Shown here: one piece after another, positions 18,151 through 28,590 of the stretch
How positions within the stretch are numbered: the first letter of the stretch is position 1
Layout of the letters: the number at the start of each line of letters is the position of its first letter
Sequence record: phage_1
Direction: 5' to 3' (one strand)
Length of the DNA: 64,000 bases
Notes under the pieces: model-generated
Database searches by the model: none
What the model was told of the DNA's origin: nothing
The model's input: only the letters and a program-made list of their open reading frames with translations
Position numbers and translations under genes: made by a program

Positions 18151-20895
18151 TTAGAGGACGTTGTCTGGGTTNTCGTNGNTAGTTNNTTCACCACCTTCTG
18201 TGCCTTCCNTTCCCTCGGTAGTTNTTTCCGTGGTTTCGGTCGACTCAGTAGTTTCCTCTGTACTATCACCACCGGTGCCGTTATCCGTATCGAGATCGAG
18301 GTCTAAATCATCGTCACCCCCACCGCCGAGATCCCCATCGCCACCACCAGTGTCACCGCCCGCATCAAAACCACCACCGAATCCGCCGGAAGCATCATTA
18401 GGATCAAGGTCGGCATTCTTCGCTAACGTTTCCAGTCGCCCGGTGAAACGTTTCGCCAATTGAATCAGCGTTTTCGAAGCAGCCATCGCTTCATCAGTCA
18501 TCATGGTGATGTTGTCCTGACGAGAATCATCGTCGTAAACCAGATCGAAGAAGTCGGTTTCAATACCTTGTTTACGCAGCCAGTTGCGCGTATAGAAGGA
18601 CTTGATCATCGTCTTCAGATCGTTCGGGTCCATCGAGATGCCTTCTTGCTGGAGTTGCGCAGCAATGTCATCCGTTACAACCAGATCAGCCAGCTTCTCA
18701 AAGAACTCCGTACGTTTATCGAACAGCTCCATCTGCGAAGCTGCTGCCGATGTGTCGGGTGGTGGTAAGGTTACTTTCATACCGTTGATAAACGCAGCCA
18801 GATACTCAGAGACCTTTTTCGTAATCTGGTCAGTAGTCATCCCATTGCCGTTAGCATTGATGTACTCTGCAATGATTTTAATCATCGCTGATTGCAACGA
18901 CGGAGAGGCCAACATCCCATTAACTACGTAACGTGTCAGTGGCTTAGAGAGAATCTCTTGCTTCTTAACAACCTGCTGGGTGACCAGTAACGATTTAGAG
19001 AAGATCTGTGAAGCAAACTCGATGTTCTCGGGGGTCATTACCAGGTCAGGGTCAACACCTGCGATGTGACAAGTGCGACGTAACAGACCTTCGTCGAAAT
19101 CCTTATCCGGGTATTTATAATCCGGCGTAGTGTCCGACACAGACACTTTGGTACTACCGTAGTAGTCGTTACCAATAACGTTAAACGCAATACCTGCGTT
19201 TGTCGTCATTGCCCAGGTGTCGTTCATGTCCCCCCACATCGGTTGACGACGGTTATAGGAGTTCATGATGTCTGTTTTCAGCTGGTCAATTGTTTTCTGA
19301 CCGTTCATGTCATCTGGTGCCAACTCAATGTCGTACTGCATGTGACGTGCAGAGTTTAACACCGCAGAGTTCATGGTAGCGAACAACAGCGCCATACGGA
19401 CAGTAGAGATAACGAACGAGCGTTCGGTAATAGATACACCGATACCATCTTCATCAAAGTCCGTGGCAAAATAGCAAAGGTTTTCCGCAGGAATATAAAT
19501 AACCTGCGTATGGCGTTTTGCCAGATGGCGCGCCAGCATGATACGGCTGAACGTTTCGGTTACTGTCATGCTAATCTCAGCACCACCCAACGCCTCACCC
19601 AACGCTTTTGTCAGCTGGTCTTCAGCAATCTCACCATAACGCGCTGTTAAGCGGTTAGCAATGTCTGGTGTGATTCGGGTTGTGTTGCCCATCCCCAGAT
19701 TCGCGCGGTTGATTGTCGAATCTACCATACCGTCGTTGTTCAGGTAGTTCATGAAGTTCGCATCCCCGTAAAGTGTGGAACGCGAGTTAATGAAGTTACC
19801 CATTTCGTCAACGATGGCCAGATAACCTATGGGGTTACGAACATCGTCACCGATAACGAGTGGGAGTGTGGACTCTGCTGGCAGTAATCGTTCCGTGTAT
19901 TCGATTTTGTTGGCATCGGAGAAACTCATCTTCGGTACTTCGCCGTAAAGCTTTTGCTCAGGCGTTTTCTGGTACGCTTCGTTGAGGTCGCCGATGTTGA
20001 TTAAACCGAGTTTTGCCTTCTCTTGTTCGCTGTCTGTGAACTGGTCAGCGTTATACTCTGACGCACCTGTCGGCGTAGAAGGTTGTTCATATGCGTACTG
20101 CTCTAACTGACCGAACAGGCCGGTGCGAGCATTCTCCTGTGCCACACGGCGATAAGCCTCTGGTAGCAGGGTAATACGCGGGTTGTCGGTGATAACGATA
20201 TCCAGGGAAGCTAACATACCGTCTGCTTTAAACGGACTGTTAGGGGCTGATGCAAAGTTAAGTTTAATGGTTTGTGGCTTGGTGGGCTTGTCAGCGCCAC
20301 GTGCACGACCCAGAATACTTTCTACGCCAACCTTCGGTTTGTTTTCACCGCCAATCTTGCCCAGGATACCCAACTGACGTTCAAAGAAGTCAGATTGGCT
20401 ACGGCGCAACGATTCGGTTGCAACAGACGGCTTTAAGCCGAAGAGTTCATCGAATCCGGTATCTGAAATCAGCAACACCGGGCTCGCGCCTTTGGATTTC
20501 AGTGCATCGTAAATCCACTGATACAGTTTGTTGGGTAACTGGCGCGTGTGGTCATGGAATTCACGCACAGGTTCCAATAACTGCTGACGCAGGTCGATCG
20601 GGATATCAGCCACGTTGTCGTAAATCAGCGTGGTGTTAATCAAATCTTTTGTGGACAGGAGCGAGGAGGTCGCGATGGTAACAATGACCTCTAACTCAGG
20701 GAGCGCATCAAAGATACGTTCGGCATTTTTAACGGTGCGAATGCGGCTACTCGCAATGCCCGTGAGTTCTGTACGGGTTGGTGTAACGCCGCCATCTTCA
20801 CGCTTACCGCGTTGCTGCTGAGCCGACGGGCTCGTGGACTTACGCAGTATGGCAGCTACCGCGGGGTCGCCCGTTAATTTACTAATATCTTCCAT
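18151..20895 (-). CDS. Portal protein precursor (phiKZ gp129 / SPN3US gp81-like)
   Basis: 914 aa; ATE161 and AQE254 protease-type motifs; FATDFDEDGIG portal-like region; acidic Gly-rich C-terminal tail; synteny. Confidence 0.75.
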   Translation of the reverse strand: MEDISKLTGDPAVAAILRKSTSPSAQQQRGKREDGGVTPTRTELTGIASSRIRTVKNAERIFDALPELEVIVTIATSSLLSTKDLINTTLIYDNVADIPIDLRQQLLEPVREFHDHTRQLPNKLYQWIYDALKSKGASPVLLISDTGFDELFGLKPSVATESLRRSQSDFFERQLGILGKIGGENKPKVGVESILGRARGADKPTKPQTIKLNFASAPNSPFKADGMLASLDIVITDNPRITLLPEAYRRVAQENARTGLFGQLEQYAYEQPSTPTGASEYNADQFTDSEQEKAKLGLINIGDLNEAYQKTPEQKLYGEVPKMSFSDANKIEYTERLLPAESTLPLVIGDDVRNPIGYLAIVDEMGNFINSRSTLYGDANFMNYLNNDGMVDSTINRANLGMGNTTRITPDIANRLTARYGEIAEDQLTKALGEALGGAEISMTVTETFSRIMLARHLAKRHTQVIYIPAENLCYFATDFDEDGIGVSITERSFVISTVRMALLFATMNSAVLNSARHMQYDIELAPDDMNGQKTIDQLKTDIMNSYNRRQPMWGDMNDTWAMTTNAGIAFNVIGNDYYGSTKVSVSDTTPDYKYPDKDFDEGLLRRTCHIAGVDPDLVMTPENIEFASQIFSKSLLVTQQVVKKQEILSKPLTRYVVNGMLASPSLQSAMIKIIAEYINANGNGMTTDQITKKVSEYLAAFINGMKVTLPPPDTSAAASQMELFDKRTEFFEKLADLVVTDDIAAQLQQEGISMDPNDLKTMIKSFYTRNWLRKQGIETDFFDLVYDDDSRQDNITMMTDEAMAASKTLIQLAKRFTGRLETLAKNADLDPNDASGGFGGGFDAGGDTGGGDGDLGGGGDDDLDLDLDTDNGTGGDSTEETTESTETTEXTTEGXEGTEGGEXTXXXNPDNVL

Positions 20896-20906
20896 TGGGG
20901 TCTCCG

Positions 20907-23090
20907 ATGCAGAGATTTAACATTTTTCGTGACCAGGCTATCCAGTTAGCGAAATCCCTGATTGTCAAATCAGAGAGCATCGCACAACAGATGAACCTGG
21001 CAATAACCAAAAACGGCGGTTTCGTTTCCGAGAACCGTGAGACGTGGCGGTATTACCTACACTTAGCAGGTAAACGACATGCAATCGACAAGCCGATATA
21101 CATTACGTCACTCGACACGCAAGAGCAGATAGAGTTAACGACGCAGAACCTCTCCCGTCATAAAAAGACCTCAAACGTATATCGTTCTAACCCGGAGTAT
21201 ATCGACGACTTAATCGCCGAGTATCCGGACTACGCAGTATACATTCGCGGTACTTTCAATCCGATTGATATTGCATACGCGATACGTGTCGATGACTGCT
21301 CAATTTTGTATTACGATCCTGCTTTAGTTGAACCGCAGGAGACGTCGTTAATTACACATATTGAGAACTTTATTCGTGCAGCACATGTGCGTTTCATGGC
21401 TGATGGCTGGAAAGTTCACAACGACTGTTTCGTACTGGCCTTTTACATGCAGCAGTACCCGGTGTGGCCGGGGCTTATCATGTACATCCGCAAACGGTTA
21501 CAGTTTACGACCGAAACGCACTCCTACTACGTGACCGAGTTCTTGGCTTCGCACCAAGAACTGCACGAGTTCATGCCGTACCTGACCCTCAAGCAGAAAT
21601 TCACACTGTATCGCAATATCCGTTACTGGGAACGTAACTCTGGTAAGGAAGAAATCTTTACCTGGATGATTGACACCCTGCTGACGGGTTGGGGTATGCC
21701 TGCTGTTGGATATAAGGTCGCCCAGCAGATTCACGACCCGACGACGGGCAGTGACGATGACCTGACACCACTCCCGATCGGCTACCAGTCATCGCTTAAC
21801 TATACTGAACGTGACTCGGGCCGTGACCTGGACATTGTTAGCACAACTGACATCATCCAGAAAGAAATCAATCTGGCGTACAATAACCCAGTGCACGAAC
21901 CTGACTATCAGGAAGACCTCGATCGGCGTTTGAGCTTGACGCAGTATCCGAACCTGCCAACGAAGTTAGTTGAGGTAACGGCGATTGACCCAGAGGCCAT
22001 CGAACGTTGGGAATTTATGCATGGCTTGTTCAACGAGTGGATGCATATCGTGGCACGTGGACAGTACAACATTTACCACGAAATTCTTAACCCAACGAAC
22101 GGGGATACGCTAAAGCTCACTTCAAAAGAGCTGCTGGCACTGTTCTTGTATGCGAGCTTCAAAGGTTATTCGGGTGTAGCACTGGATAAAATCCCGGTGT
22201 GGAACGTGTTTGGTGTGCTAATCAAACGCTGGGTTGGTTTTGATGAGATGGAGCAGCATCTGCCAAGCTCATGGCCCGGCCGTTTTAATGCGTTGATTAA
22301 CTATTACACGGACACGCATCATGAAGTTATCGGTAATTTGATGTCTGCAGATGAGTTGTACGATGAAATCAGCGAAATCATGGTGCAGAAGCGTCGTCGT
22401 TACCGTTACTCGTATAATCGACACAAGCTAGCCGACCGTGCTGCTGGCACAATGCTGTTTACCTACCATTACCGTGACTATAAGTGCGATCTTGACCTAC
22501 CTTACCGCGATTACGACGAGTTCTTCAAAACGTTTGGTTTTGATTACGAGTTAGTCTCCGCGGAAACCTGGCAGGACATCGCCACCGACGCTTTAAACGT
22601 GGCCACTAATCTGGAAACACGTGCGTCTGTCTCACAAGCTGAAATACAACGCGCGATGGTGCGGTTAATGACGAAACTCTCGTCGTATACTGTCCATTTT
22701 GCCGCACGTATGGGTTCTGACACCTACGATGTCACCGACCCAGTCATCCCGATTCTGGATGATATTCTCGCAGAGGCTGCCGATACAACAAATATCATTT
22801 ACCCTCTGACAGACGTGCAGCGTGTGAGCCGTAGTTCATTCATGACGACGGATAAGCCCATCCCTGTCGCTCCCGTGATAAAGGAAATGGCAATCCCGCA
22901 ACGTATTAAGTTGCGGATGAATGTCTACCCTGGTATCCGCGTGAAGGTCGAGCAGGATGTTGTGATCGATATGGTACAGCCACCTATTGATGTTATCCGT
23001 GTGCGGACGTCATTTGAGGAGTGGACGCTTGCCGAGCGCGTGGCCGACCGTGACATGGATGGCTTCCGGCTAGACCAATTACCAAAGTGA
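20907..23090 (+). CDS. Putative virion (baseplate wedge-like) protein
   Basis: Long ORF divergent from portal; start revised to ATG 20907; WRYYLHLAG motif typical of phiKZ-like structural genes as I recall. Confidence 0.55.
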   Translation: MQRFNIFRDQAIQLAKSLIVKSESIAQQMNLAITKNGGFVSENRETWRYYLHLAGKRHAIDKPIYITSLDTQEQIELTTQNLSRHKKTSNVYRSNPEYIDDLIAEYPDYAVYIRGTFNPIDIAYAIRVDDCSILYYDPALVEPQETSLITHIENFIRAAHVRFMADGWKVHNDCFVLAFYMQQYPVWPGLIMYIRKRLQFTTETHSYYVTEFLASHQELHEFMPYLTLKQKFTLYRNIRYWERNSGKEEIFTWMIDTLLTGWGMPAVGYKVAQQIHDPTTGSDDDLTPLPIGYQSSLNYTERDSGRDLDIVSTTDIIQKEINLAYNNPVHEPDYQEDLDRRLSLTQYPNLPTKLVEVTAIDPEAIERWEFMHGLFNEWMHIVARGQYNIYHEILNPTNGDTLKLTSKELLALFLYASFKGYSGVALDKIPVWNVFGVLIKRWVGFDEMEQHLPSSWPGRFNALINYYTDTHHEVIGNLMSADELYDEISEIMVQKRRRYRYSYNRHKLADRAAGTMLFTYHYRDYKCDLDLPYRDYDEFFKTFGFDYELVSAETWQDIATDALNVATNLETRASVSQAEIQRAMVRLMTKLSSYTVHFAARMGSDTYDVTDPVIPILDDILAEAADTTNIIYPLTDVQRVSRSSFMTTDKPIPVAPVIKEMAIPQRIKLRMNVYPGIRVKVEQDVVIDMVQPPIDVIRVRTSFEEWTLAERVADRDMDGFRLDQLPK

Positions 23091-23097
23091 GAGACTT

Positions 23098-23625
23098 ATG
23101 GGATACCGTATAGATTTATCAAAAACCCCGAAACAGATTCTGGTTGAGAGAATCAATTACGTTTTTAAGTTATCGTATAGTGAAAATAACTACGAGTTTA
23201 ACCCACGNGGGGTGTGGCCGCNAACCNAAGNAGNGNGNCGCGNTAANGGTGTGGAGTNTAAAGTTGCGGNGCGCTTTGTAAATGGGGTACACGGCACTCA
23301 AGAGTTTTACCTGACTCGTGCGGACTTAAACAAGTTACTTAAAGACGTAACGGTTGAAGTCCCGAAGGGTGCGGCAGAATGGAGCCATGAATTAGTTCCG
23401 TATATTGTCGATGAGCTGGGTCTCCAGCTTGACACCTACGATATCATGGTTGAACCGATTACCCCAGAAATGGAATCGTATGAGGCGCGTTTAATCCCGC
23501 ACCATCTATCTTTCAAAGGCACGATTGCGATTACTTTTGTTGACCCAACTCCCCGTAAGCTGGCGCAGCTGGTAACTAAACGGGCACTCGACGGGTTTCG
23601 CCCAGGAGAATTTTTAAATGGCTAA
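23098..23625 (+). CDS. Virion protein of the tail-fibre/baseplate paralog family
   Basis: Shares family signature (FYLTRADL, LGLQLDTYDI, FKGTI, LDGF) with 55644-63181 array. Confidence 0.6.
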   Translation: MGYRIDLSKTPKQILVERINYVFKLSYSENNYEFNPXGVWPXTXXXXRXXGVEXKVAXRFVNGVHGTQEFYLTRADLNKLLKDVTVEVPKGAAEWSHELVPYIVDELGLQLDTYDIMVEPITPEMESYEARLIPHHLSFKGTIAITFVDPTPRKLAQLVTKRALDGFRPGEFLNG

Positions 23626-24505
23626 CACCAAAGTTTACGATGGTAAACTGTCAACAGTGACTCTTAACGCGATGCGACTTACGACCGCGTTATTGACAGG
23701 TGCTGACGTNCAGTACCCACAGAAATCCACGATGAACGAGTTTTATAAACTCATGACCTCGAAAGTTCCCGATGGCGCTACACGTCCGCATTTAGGATAC
23801 ATGTGCGTGGGTAACCGTGGTCACATCGTTGATCAGTCTGATGTTGTGGCAGACGTTGTTCCCGTCGCGAAATCCCCGATTGCGTCAGGGATGTTCTCGC
23901 GCGTTCCATTGGTACTGCGTACGTTGGATAATGACTTGTCTGATGAGCAACGTAAACAGTACGCTTTCCGTACTCGTGAAACTATCGGCGCGCGGGATTA
24001 CTGGGCGTATTNTCTGAAACGTATCGACATGCGCGCAGTGAAGACCACTGACCTGGATATCACTCGCGAAAACGGTGTTGAAACCGTCAAAGATTTCGTC
24101 TATACCGATGCGGAACTGAACCCGGTACCGAAAGAACTCCCAGACTACGATTACGACGATGATGGCACTGTAGAGATCCCCGACGGTCGTTATGTTGAAT
24201 CGGGCGCAGACCTGGTGATTCCATGGACTGAGTTTGATGTTCAGGAATACATGAACGTGACGGCGATTCTACGTGGTACGCCACGCAGTTCGATTATCTC
24301 TGAAATTGCGCTGTGCTCTGGCGTTGATACCCCTGAAACGGGTGAGTCGGCTACCGGTTCACAGTTCAGCTACGACGAAGCTATCGGTGTGCAGGCGTTG
24401 TACTACATCTCCCTGTTCACTAACCTGGCACAGACCAACGATCGTCTGTCGCTGACCATCCGTATCGGCCAGCCGGCACCGTGGTTCTTAGGGACAGCTA
24501 ACTGA
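23618..24505 (+). CDS. Putative virion structural protein
   Basis: 295 aa, RBS AGGAG, context within structural operon. Confidence 0.55.
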   Translation: MANTKVYDGKLSTVTLNAMRLTTALLTGADXQYPQKSTMNEFYKLMTSKVPDGATRPHLGYMCVGNRGHIVDQSDVVADVVPVAKSPIASGMFSRVPLVLRTLDNDLSDEQRKQYAFRTRETIGARDYWAYXLKRIDMRAVKTTDLDITRENGVETVKDFVYTDAELNPVPKELPDYDYDDDGTVEIPDGRYVESGADLVIPWTEFDVQEYMNVTAILRGTPRSSIISEIALCSGVDTPETGESATGSQFSYDEAIGVQALYYISLFTNLAQTNDRLSLTIRIGQPAPWFLGTAN

Positions 24506-25155
24506 TGCTGATTCCTGAGCCGAGGTTACCCGACAGTATGGTGAGGATTGCGGCTGTTGACCCCGGTACTGCCCATCTTGGGATGGCGGTTATCGACTGG
24601 GAATTTGGCCAACCTCAAGGTGAAGTTGTCTGGGCGGGCACGGCTCATGTTGCGGACCCTACNCACAATGGCTCTTTTNGTGAGTGCGTAGGGAAACGCG
24701 ANGCGNGTTTGGTAGAATTANAANAACNCTTTNGNGNNTTTTTAAAANTGGCAAGGCCGACTTTTGTCGCTACCGAAACTCCGTTCATGCGAAGAGCTAA
24801 GCTCTCAGCGTACGAATCTGGGGTGGAATTGCAACTGATGTTGCGGCGAACGCTTTGGGACGTGTTTCCCGAAAAATATCTCCATGGGTTTAATCCTATT
24901 ATTGTGAAGTCGTACGTTGGTGTGGAAGCAAAGGGTACAGATAAATCGCATATGCAACAAGCGGTGACCAAACTCTACGCGAACCATACCCGGTGCGACT
25001 TATCGGTATTGGATGAACACAGTATCGATGCCGTGGCGGTGGGTAATATNTTCGTCAGGGTCAACTTNTTAAACCTAAANAGTCTTNTTCCGCCCAAGGT
25101 TAAAGTTCCTAAAGCTAAGGCCGGTAAGCAGAAAGGAAGACGCCGGNGGAAATAG
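24505..25155 (+). CDS. ruvC: RuvC-like Holliday junction resolvase
   Basis: IAAVDPGTAHLG, VATETPF and DAVAVG acidic catalytic motifs. Confidence 0.85.
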   Translation: MLIPEPRLPDSMVRIAAVDPGTAHLGMAVIDWEFGQPQGEVVWAGTAHVADPXHNGSFXECVGKRXAXLVELXXXFXXFLKXARPTFVATETPFMRRAKLSAYESGVELQLMLRRTLWDVFPEKYLHGFNPIIVKSYVGVEAKGTDKSHMQQAVTKLYANHTRCDLSVLDEHSIDAVAVGNXFVRVNXLNLXSLXPPKVKVPKAKAGKQKGRRRXK

Positions 25156-25157
25156 CG

Positions 25158-25730
25158 ATGTCGCAGTCTTTGCAAGAAGCCTCGACGGATGTGTTGGATG
25201 TTCTTATCCAGGCGGGCACCAATAAATTAAGCCTGGAAGAGAGTAACCGACTAAAAACAGCCGCCCAGACCGCTTTGGGAAGNGATGTTGAAATTGATGT
25301 CACTAAACCTGCTAACGTGATTCTTACTTCTTTACGCCCCCTCATCCTTGNGCAGGNGGGGAACATGGCGAAAACGTTTGAATCGCAAGCAAAAGCCGCC
25401 GTAGAAAGCATGGATGAAAAGCTCGCCAAAGAAACGTTATTGACCCTGTGGCCAAATTTGAAAGGTCCGCAGAAAGTCCTTATCGTTTTGTTGGTGCTGA
25501 CCACTGTGGTGATTACTGGCGCGATGGCCTGGGACACGCACCTGCATTATCCACAGGAGTTAACGGATGTGCTGATTGTGGCGCTCTTACCTTTGTTTGC
25601 TCAGGCCGTGTTCTTTACATGGCCGATTAAGACGCTTGCTTACAATTCGATGGCCATTGGTGCCAAGGTTGTTGAATACAAGCTGAATAAGAGCAACGCG
25701 AAGCAACAGACTACCGCACCTAAAGAGTAA
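25158..25730 (+). CDS. Membrane protein with two predicted TM helices
   Basis: VLIVLLVLTTVVITGAMAW and VLIVALLPLFAQAVFFTW; basic C-terminus. Confidence 0.6.
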   Translation: MSQSLQEASTDVLDVLIQAGTNKLSLEESNRLKTAAQTALGXDVEIDVTKPANVILTSLRPLILXQXGNMAKTFESQAKAAVESMDEKLAKETLLTLWPNLKGPQKVLIVLLVLTTVVITGAMAWDTHLHYPQELTDVLIVALLPLFAQAVFFTWPIKTLAYNSMAIGAKVVEYKLNKSNAKQQTTAPKE

Positions 25731-25732
25731 TT

Positions 25733-25775
25733 AAGCCCTCTTCTCCTCCTGGAGAAGAGGCTTCTTATTTTTTTT
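25733..25775 (+). terminator. Rho-independent terminator
   Basis: TCTTCTCC-TCCT-GGAGAAGA stem plus T tract. Confidence 0.7.
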
Positions 25776-25827
25776 ATTACGTCTACGTAAATTACTGTGT
25801 AAGCACGGCCCAAAAGGAATATAAAAA

Positions 25828-26466
25828 ATGCAATTACAATTTCGTCAACGGTCTGTACTACTACCGTTTAGCGCTATATTAGGTTCGTTTACCAAAATGC
25901 TGTCTGTGGATTTTACTGCAGCTGAGAAAGAAGCGCTGTTATTGGCGGCAGTCGAAGAAGTATTGTGGGAGGCGTTTTACGTAGTGCCGTTTCGTAGCTG
26001 CTTAAACGCCCCGTATGTTGAAGGGCAGTTTGTCAGCGCGCTTTCCGCTGCAATTACCAAACGTAAACTAAATGCCATGGCACACGTCAAAGAGATCACC
26101 GCGCAACGAGGACGGATATTCGCTACCGTCAGAAATGTGTTAATTAAAGAAGGGTTTCTTGCAGATGCGTTAGGTCCCGAAGTTCCTTGGGAACCAGGCC
26201 ATCCGCCGCGTCAGTTTGACCACGGGTACAAGTTAAGTATAATTATGCCACGCGGTAAGCGTGACGTCTCATTGGGGAAATGGTTACAGATAAGTTGGGT
26301 TCGTCCTACTATCGATTGGCAAGAAATGTCGGTCAATCGCTATCTGGAACACCTGGCAAAAACACCGGCACAGTTTCACCGTTCAACAATCCTGCCGCTA
26401 CACTTGCTGTTAAAACCGTCCCTGTCATTGGCAGAAGCCAGATACCTGCTTAGTGGAGAGAAGTGA
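25828..26466 (+). CDS. Hypothetical protein
   Basis: 212 aa, RBS AAGGA. Confidence 0.6.
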   Translation: MQLQFRQRSVLLPFSAILGSFTKMLSVDFTAAEKEALLLAAVEEVLWEAFYVVPFRSCLNAPYVEGQFVSALSAAITKRKLNAMAHVKEITAQRGRIFATVRNVLIKEGFLADALGPEVPWEPGHPPRQFDHGYKLSIIMPRGKRDVSLGKWLQISWVRPTIDWQEMSVNRYLEHLAKTPAQFHRSTILPLHLLLKPSLSLAEARYLLSGEK

Positions 26467-26948
26467 TGCTTGTTATTAATGTGGTCGAGGATAAGATTCC
26501 CGCGAATGTTTATCCTGAACTGGTTGAATGGGTGCGCGACTTAAACAGTATCCGCGAGGAGCCTATTAAACTCACGATGTTTGTTGAGGATGATATCGTG
26601 CGGGGAATCATGGCATGGGAACCTGGCCATTTGGTCTATATGGTTGTGCCCGAAGAATCGCGGCGGGGCGGTGTCGGCAGATTTATGCTTAAGTATCTTC
26701 AGCAGAACTCCGATCGTAAACACATCAGCTGTCGTGTTCACCCGACCAACATTCCCGCGCTAGGATTCTTTCACCAACAAGGCTTCCAGATTGACCGATG
26801 GTATATTGCTGCTGACGGCCAACGGTATTTTCGTATGACGAACTACAATGTTATTTCGTCACACACGCCGCCGGAGGAAAAGCTTTTAACTCATTACGCT
26901 GAAAGCGTTCCCATTTTTCTTTCGATGGCAGAAGGTCATTTCGTCTAA
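26463..26948 (+). CDS. GNAT family acetyltransferase
   Basis: Motif A VPEESRRGGVGRFML; motif B NIPALGFFHQQGF. Confidence 0.8.
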   Translation: MMLVINVVEDKIPANVYPELVEWVRDLNSIREEPIKLTMFVEDDIVRGIMAWEPGHLVYMVVPEESRRGGVGRFMLKYLQQNSDRKHISCRVHPTNIPALGFFHQQGFQIDRWYIAADGQRYFRMTNYNVISSHTPPEEKLLTHYAESVPIFLSMAEGHFV

Positions 26949-26965
26949 ACGAGCGAGAGTGTATA

Positions 26966-27442
26966 ATGATACGTGTTGCTTACGAAACACGAGATACGGA
27001 TGGAACCCGTATAAACGTCATCCGCCGTGTGGAGCTTGTTCCTCAGCATGAACTGAATATTGCAGACAGTTCGCTTAGGGGCACTCCTGTTAAGATTCTG
27101 AATCTTACGAGATGTTCTTTTCATCACAGTAAGACATCACCAGCAATACGGTCCAGTAAAAGAAAAAGTTATGCCGATTTAAAACGTCGGTTGTCCCGGC
27201 ATTTTCGTCGGAGTGCCTGGAAGGCTTTAGTTGAGGTTTTGGTCGACGAGCACCTTNTCCAGAGGTTGGAGTGGGAAGAAGTTCTCAAGGAAGCGGGCTA
27301 TCCAACAAAACCTTTCTCTTATCACTGGCATCACTTCAAAAAACAGTTCCATGATGCCTTACAGGTATCGCCAAACACTCGCAACATGATTCACCGTTTG
27401 GAGAAAATGGACTGGCTTCTACCCTATCTGGAAGAGGACTAG
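26966..27442 (+). CDS. Hypothetical protein
   Basis: 158 aa ORF in operon. Confidence 0.55.
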   Translation: MIRVAYETRDTDGTRINVIRRVELVPQHELNIADSSLRGTPVKILNLTRCSFHHSKTSPAIRSSKRKSYADLKRRLSRHFRRSAWKALVEVLVDEHLXQRLEWEEVLKEAGYPTKPFSYHWHHFKKQFHDALQVSPNTRNMIHRLEKMDWLLPYLEED

Positions 27443-27444
27443 AT

Positions 27445-27834
27445 ATGATGCGTGCTGTATTAGCTGTGTTTATAATTTGCGTTACTACGTCAGTATACGC
27501 GTTTACTGTTCAGGACTTCCCGCAATACAAACCAATGTGGGAAACTGACGCACCTGTGAAATTCAGCGACAAAGATGAACCAGTCGTGTCGGTGGAGAAG
27601 GGTGAGTTTGCCGTGGTCAACTACGGACGTTCTGAACTGTGTCCAGGCGGTGGCTTTTATCTCATTAACACAAAGCGTAAGACGTACCAGCCGATAGATG
27701 CCGGTACGTGTTCGCCGAAAGTTAAAGCGACAATTGTCCCGTCAGTACGAACACATCGCAGCGTTAATACCCACCAGTTAACTTTTTGGGTAGGTAAAGA
27801 AATTTCCGCGCGGTATCCTTTGTACGATTACTAA
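27445..27834 (+). CDS. Putative secreted/periplasmic protein
   Basis: Signal-peptide-like MMRAVLAVFIICVTTSVYA; Cys pair in mature part. Confidence 0.6.
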   Translation: MMRAVLAVFIICVTTSVYAFTVQDFPQYKPMWETDAPVKFSDKDEPVVSVEKGEFAVVNYGRSELCPGGGFYLINTKRKTYQPIDAGTCSPKVKATIVPSVRTHRSVNTHQLTFWVGKEISARYPLYDY

Positions 27835-27841
27835 ACACAGC

Positions 27842-27878
27842 GTATAGGGGCTTCGGCCCCTATACTGTTTATTATTTT
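27842..27878 (+). terminator. Rho-independent terminator
   Basis: GTATAGGGGC-TTCG-GCCCCTATAC plus T-rich tail. Confidence 0.8.
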
Positions 27879-27924
27879 CCTGTGAAGTATTATGACCCCC
27901 TTAATCAAATACCAGGAGCGAGGC

Positions 27925-28542
27925 ATGTCTTTTGTTATTGACTTTAACCNCCATCATAGTCAAACCTTGCTCGATTTAGTCAATGCTTTTAATGCTGAAA
28001 CCGTTTATACGCCCCTGACCACAGAACGTATCCGAGTGGAGAGTTATGGTCCACCGGAACCGGACGGTCGTGTAAGTGCTTTGCTGACTAATAAGAGTAA
28101 GCCAGATGACTATGTGGTTGTGCGTTACCGCAAATTGAGCTTAAATGATATAATCACGTTGAAGCCTGAACATCTCACATGGTTTGATTTGTCGAAAGGT
28201 AAACCGGCCGATTTGCGCGTATGGTCTGAACCTGCAATGGCCAGTTTTGAATCGGCGTGTGCAGAACGTGGCATCGTTGTAAGTAAGGCGTGGGAAAACC
28301 CCGCGCAATGCCACGTAGAGTACGACATCCCGACTGATCGATACGTCCTCGTCTATGAATGTGAATCATTTGTTTACGAATCGCGCACACGCATTACGCT
28401 ACCGTACCATATCGGCCAAGACTTAACCAAGACAACGTTGCCTGGTCTGGAATACGACTTGGCTGGTTTCTGGGGGCATAAGCTGTTAGAAGAAGTGACT
28501 ATCACGAAGCTTAACGGTTTTCGTTATCGTGAGTTTGTTTAA
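27925..28542 (+). CDS. Virion protein of the tail-fibre/baseplate paralog family (isolated copy)
   Basis: LLDLVN, VRYRKLSL, LPGLEY, KLNGFRY signatures; start revised to ATG 27925 after AGGAG. Confidence 0.55.
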   Translation: MSFVIDFNXHHSQTLLDLVNAFNAETVYTPLTTERIRVESYGPPEPDGRVSALLTNKSKPDDYVVVRYRKLSLNDIITLKPEHLTWFDLSKGKPADLRVWSEPAMASFESACAERGIVVSKAWENPAQCHVEYDIPTDRYVLVYECESFVYESRTRITLPYHIGQDLTKTTLPGLEYDLAGFWGHKLLEEVTITKLNGFRYREFV

Positions 28543-28547
28543 GACAC

Positions 28548-28590
28548 TACCCTCGCCCGTTTAGCGAGGGTAGGTATTTATTTTTTTCTT
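28548..28590 (+). terminator. Rho-independent terminator
   Basis: TACCCTCGC/GCGAGGGTA stem plus T tract. Confidence 0.7.
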
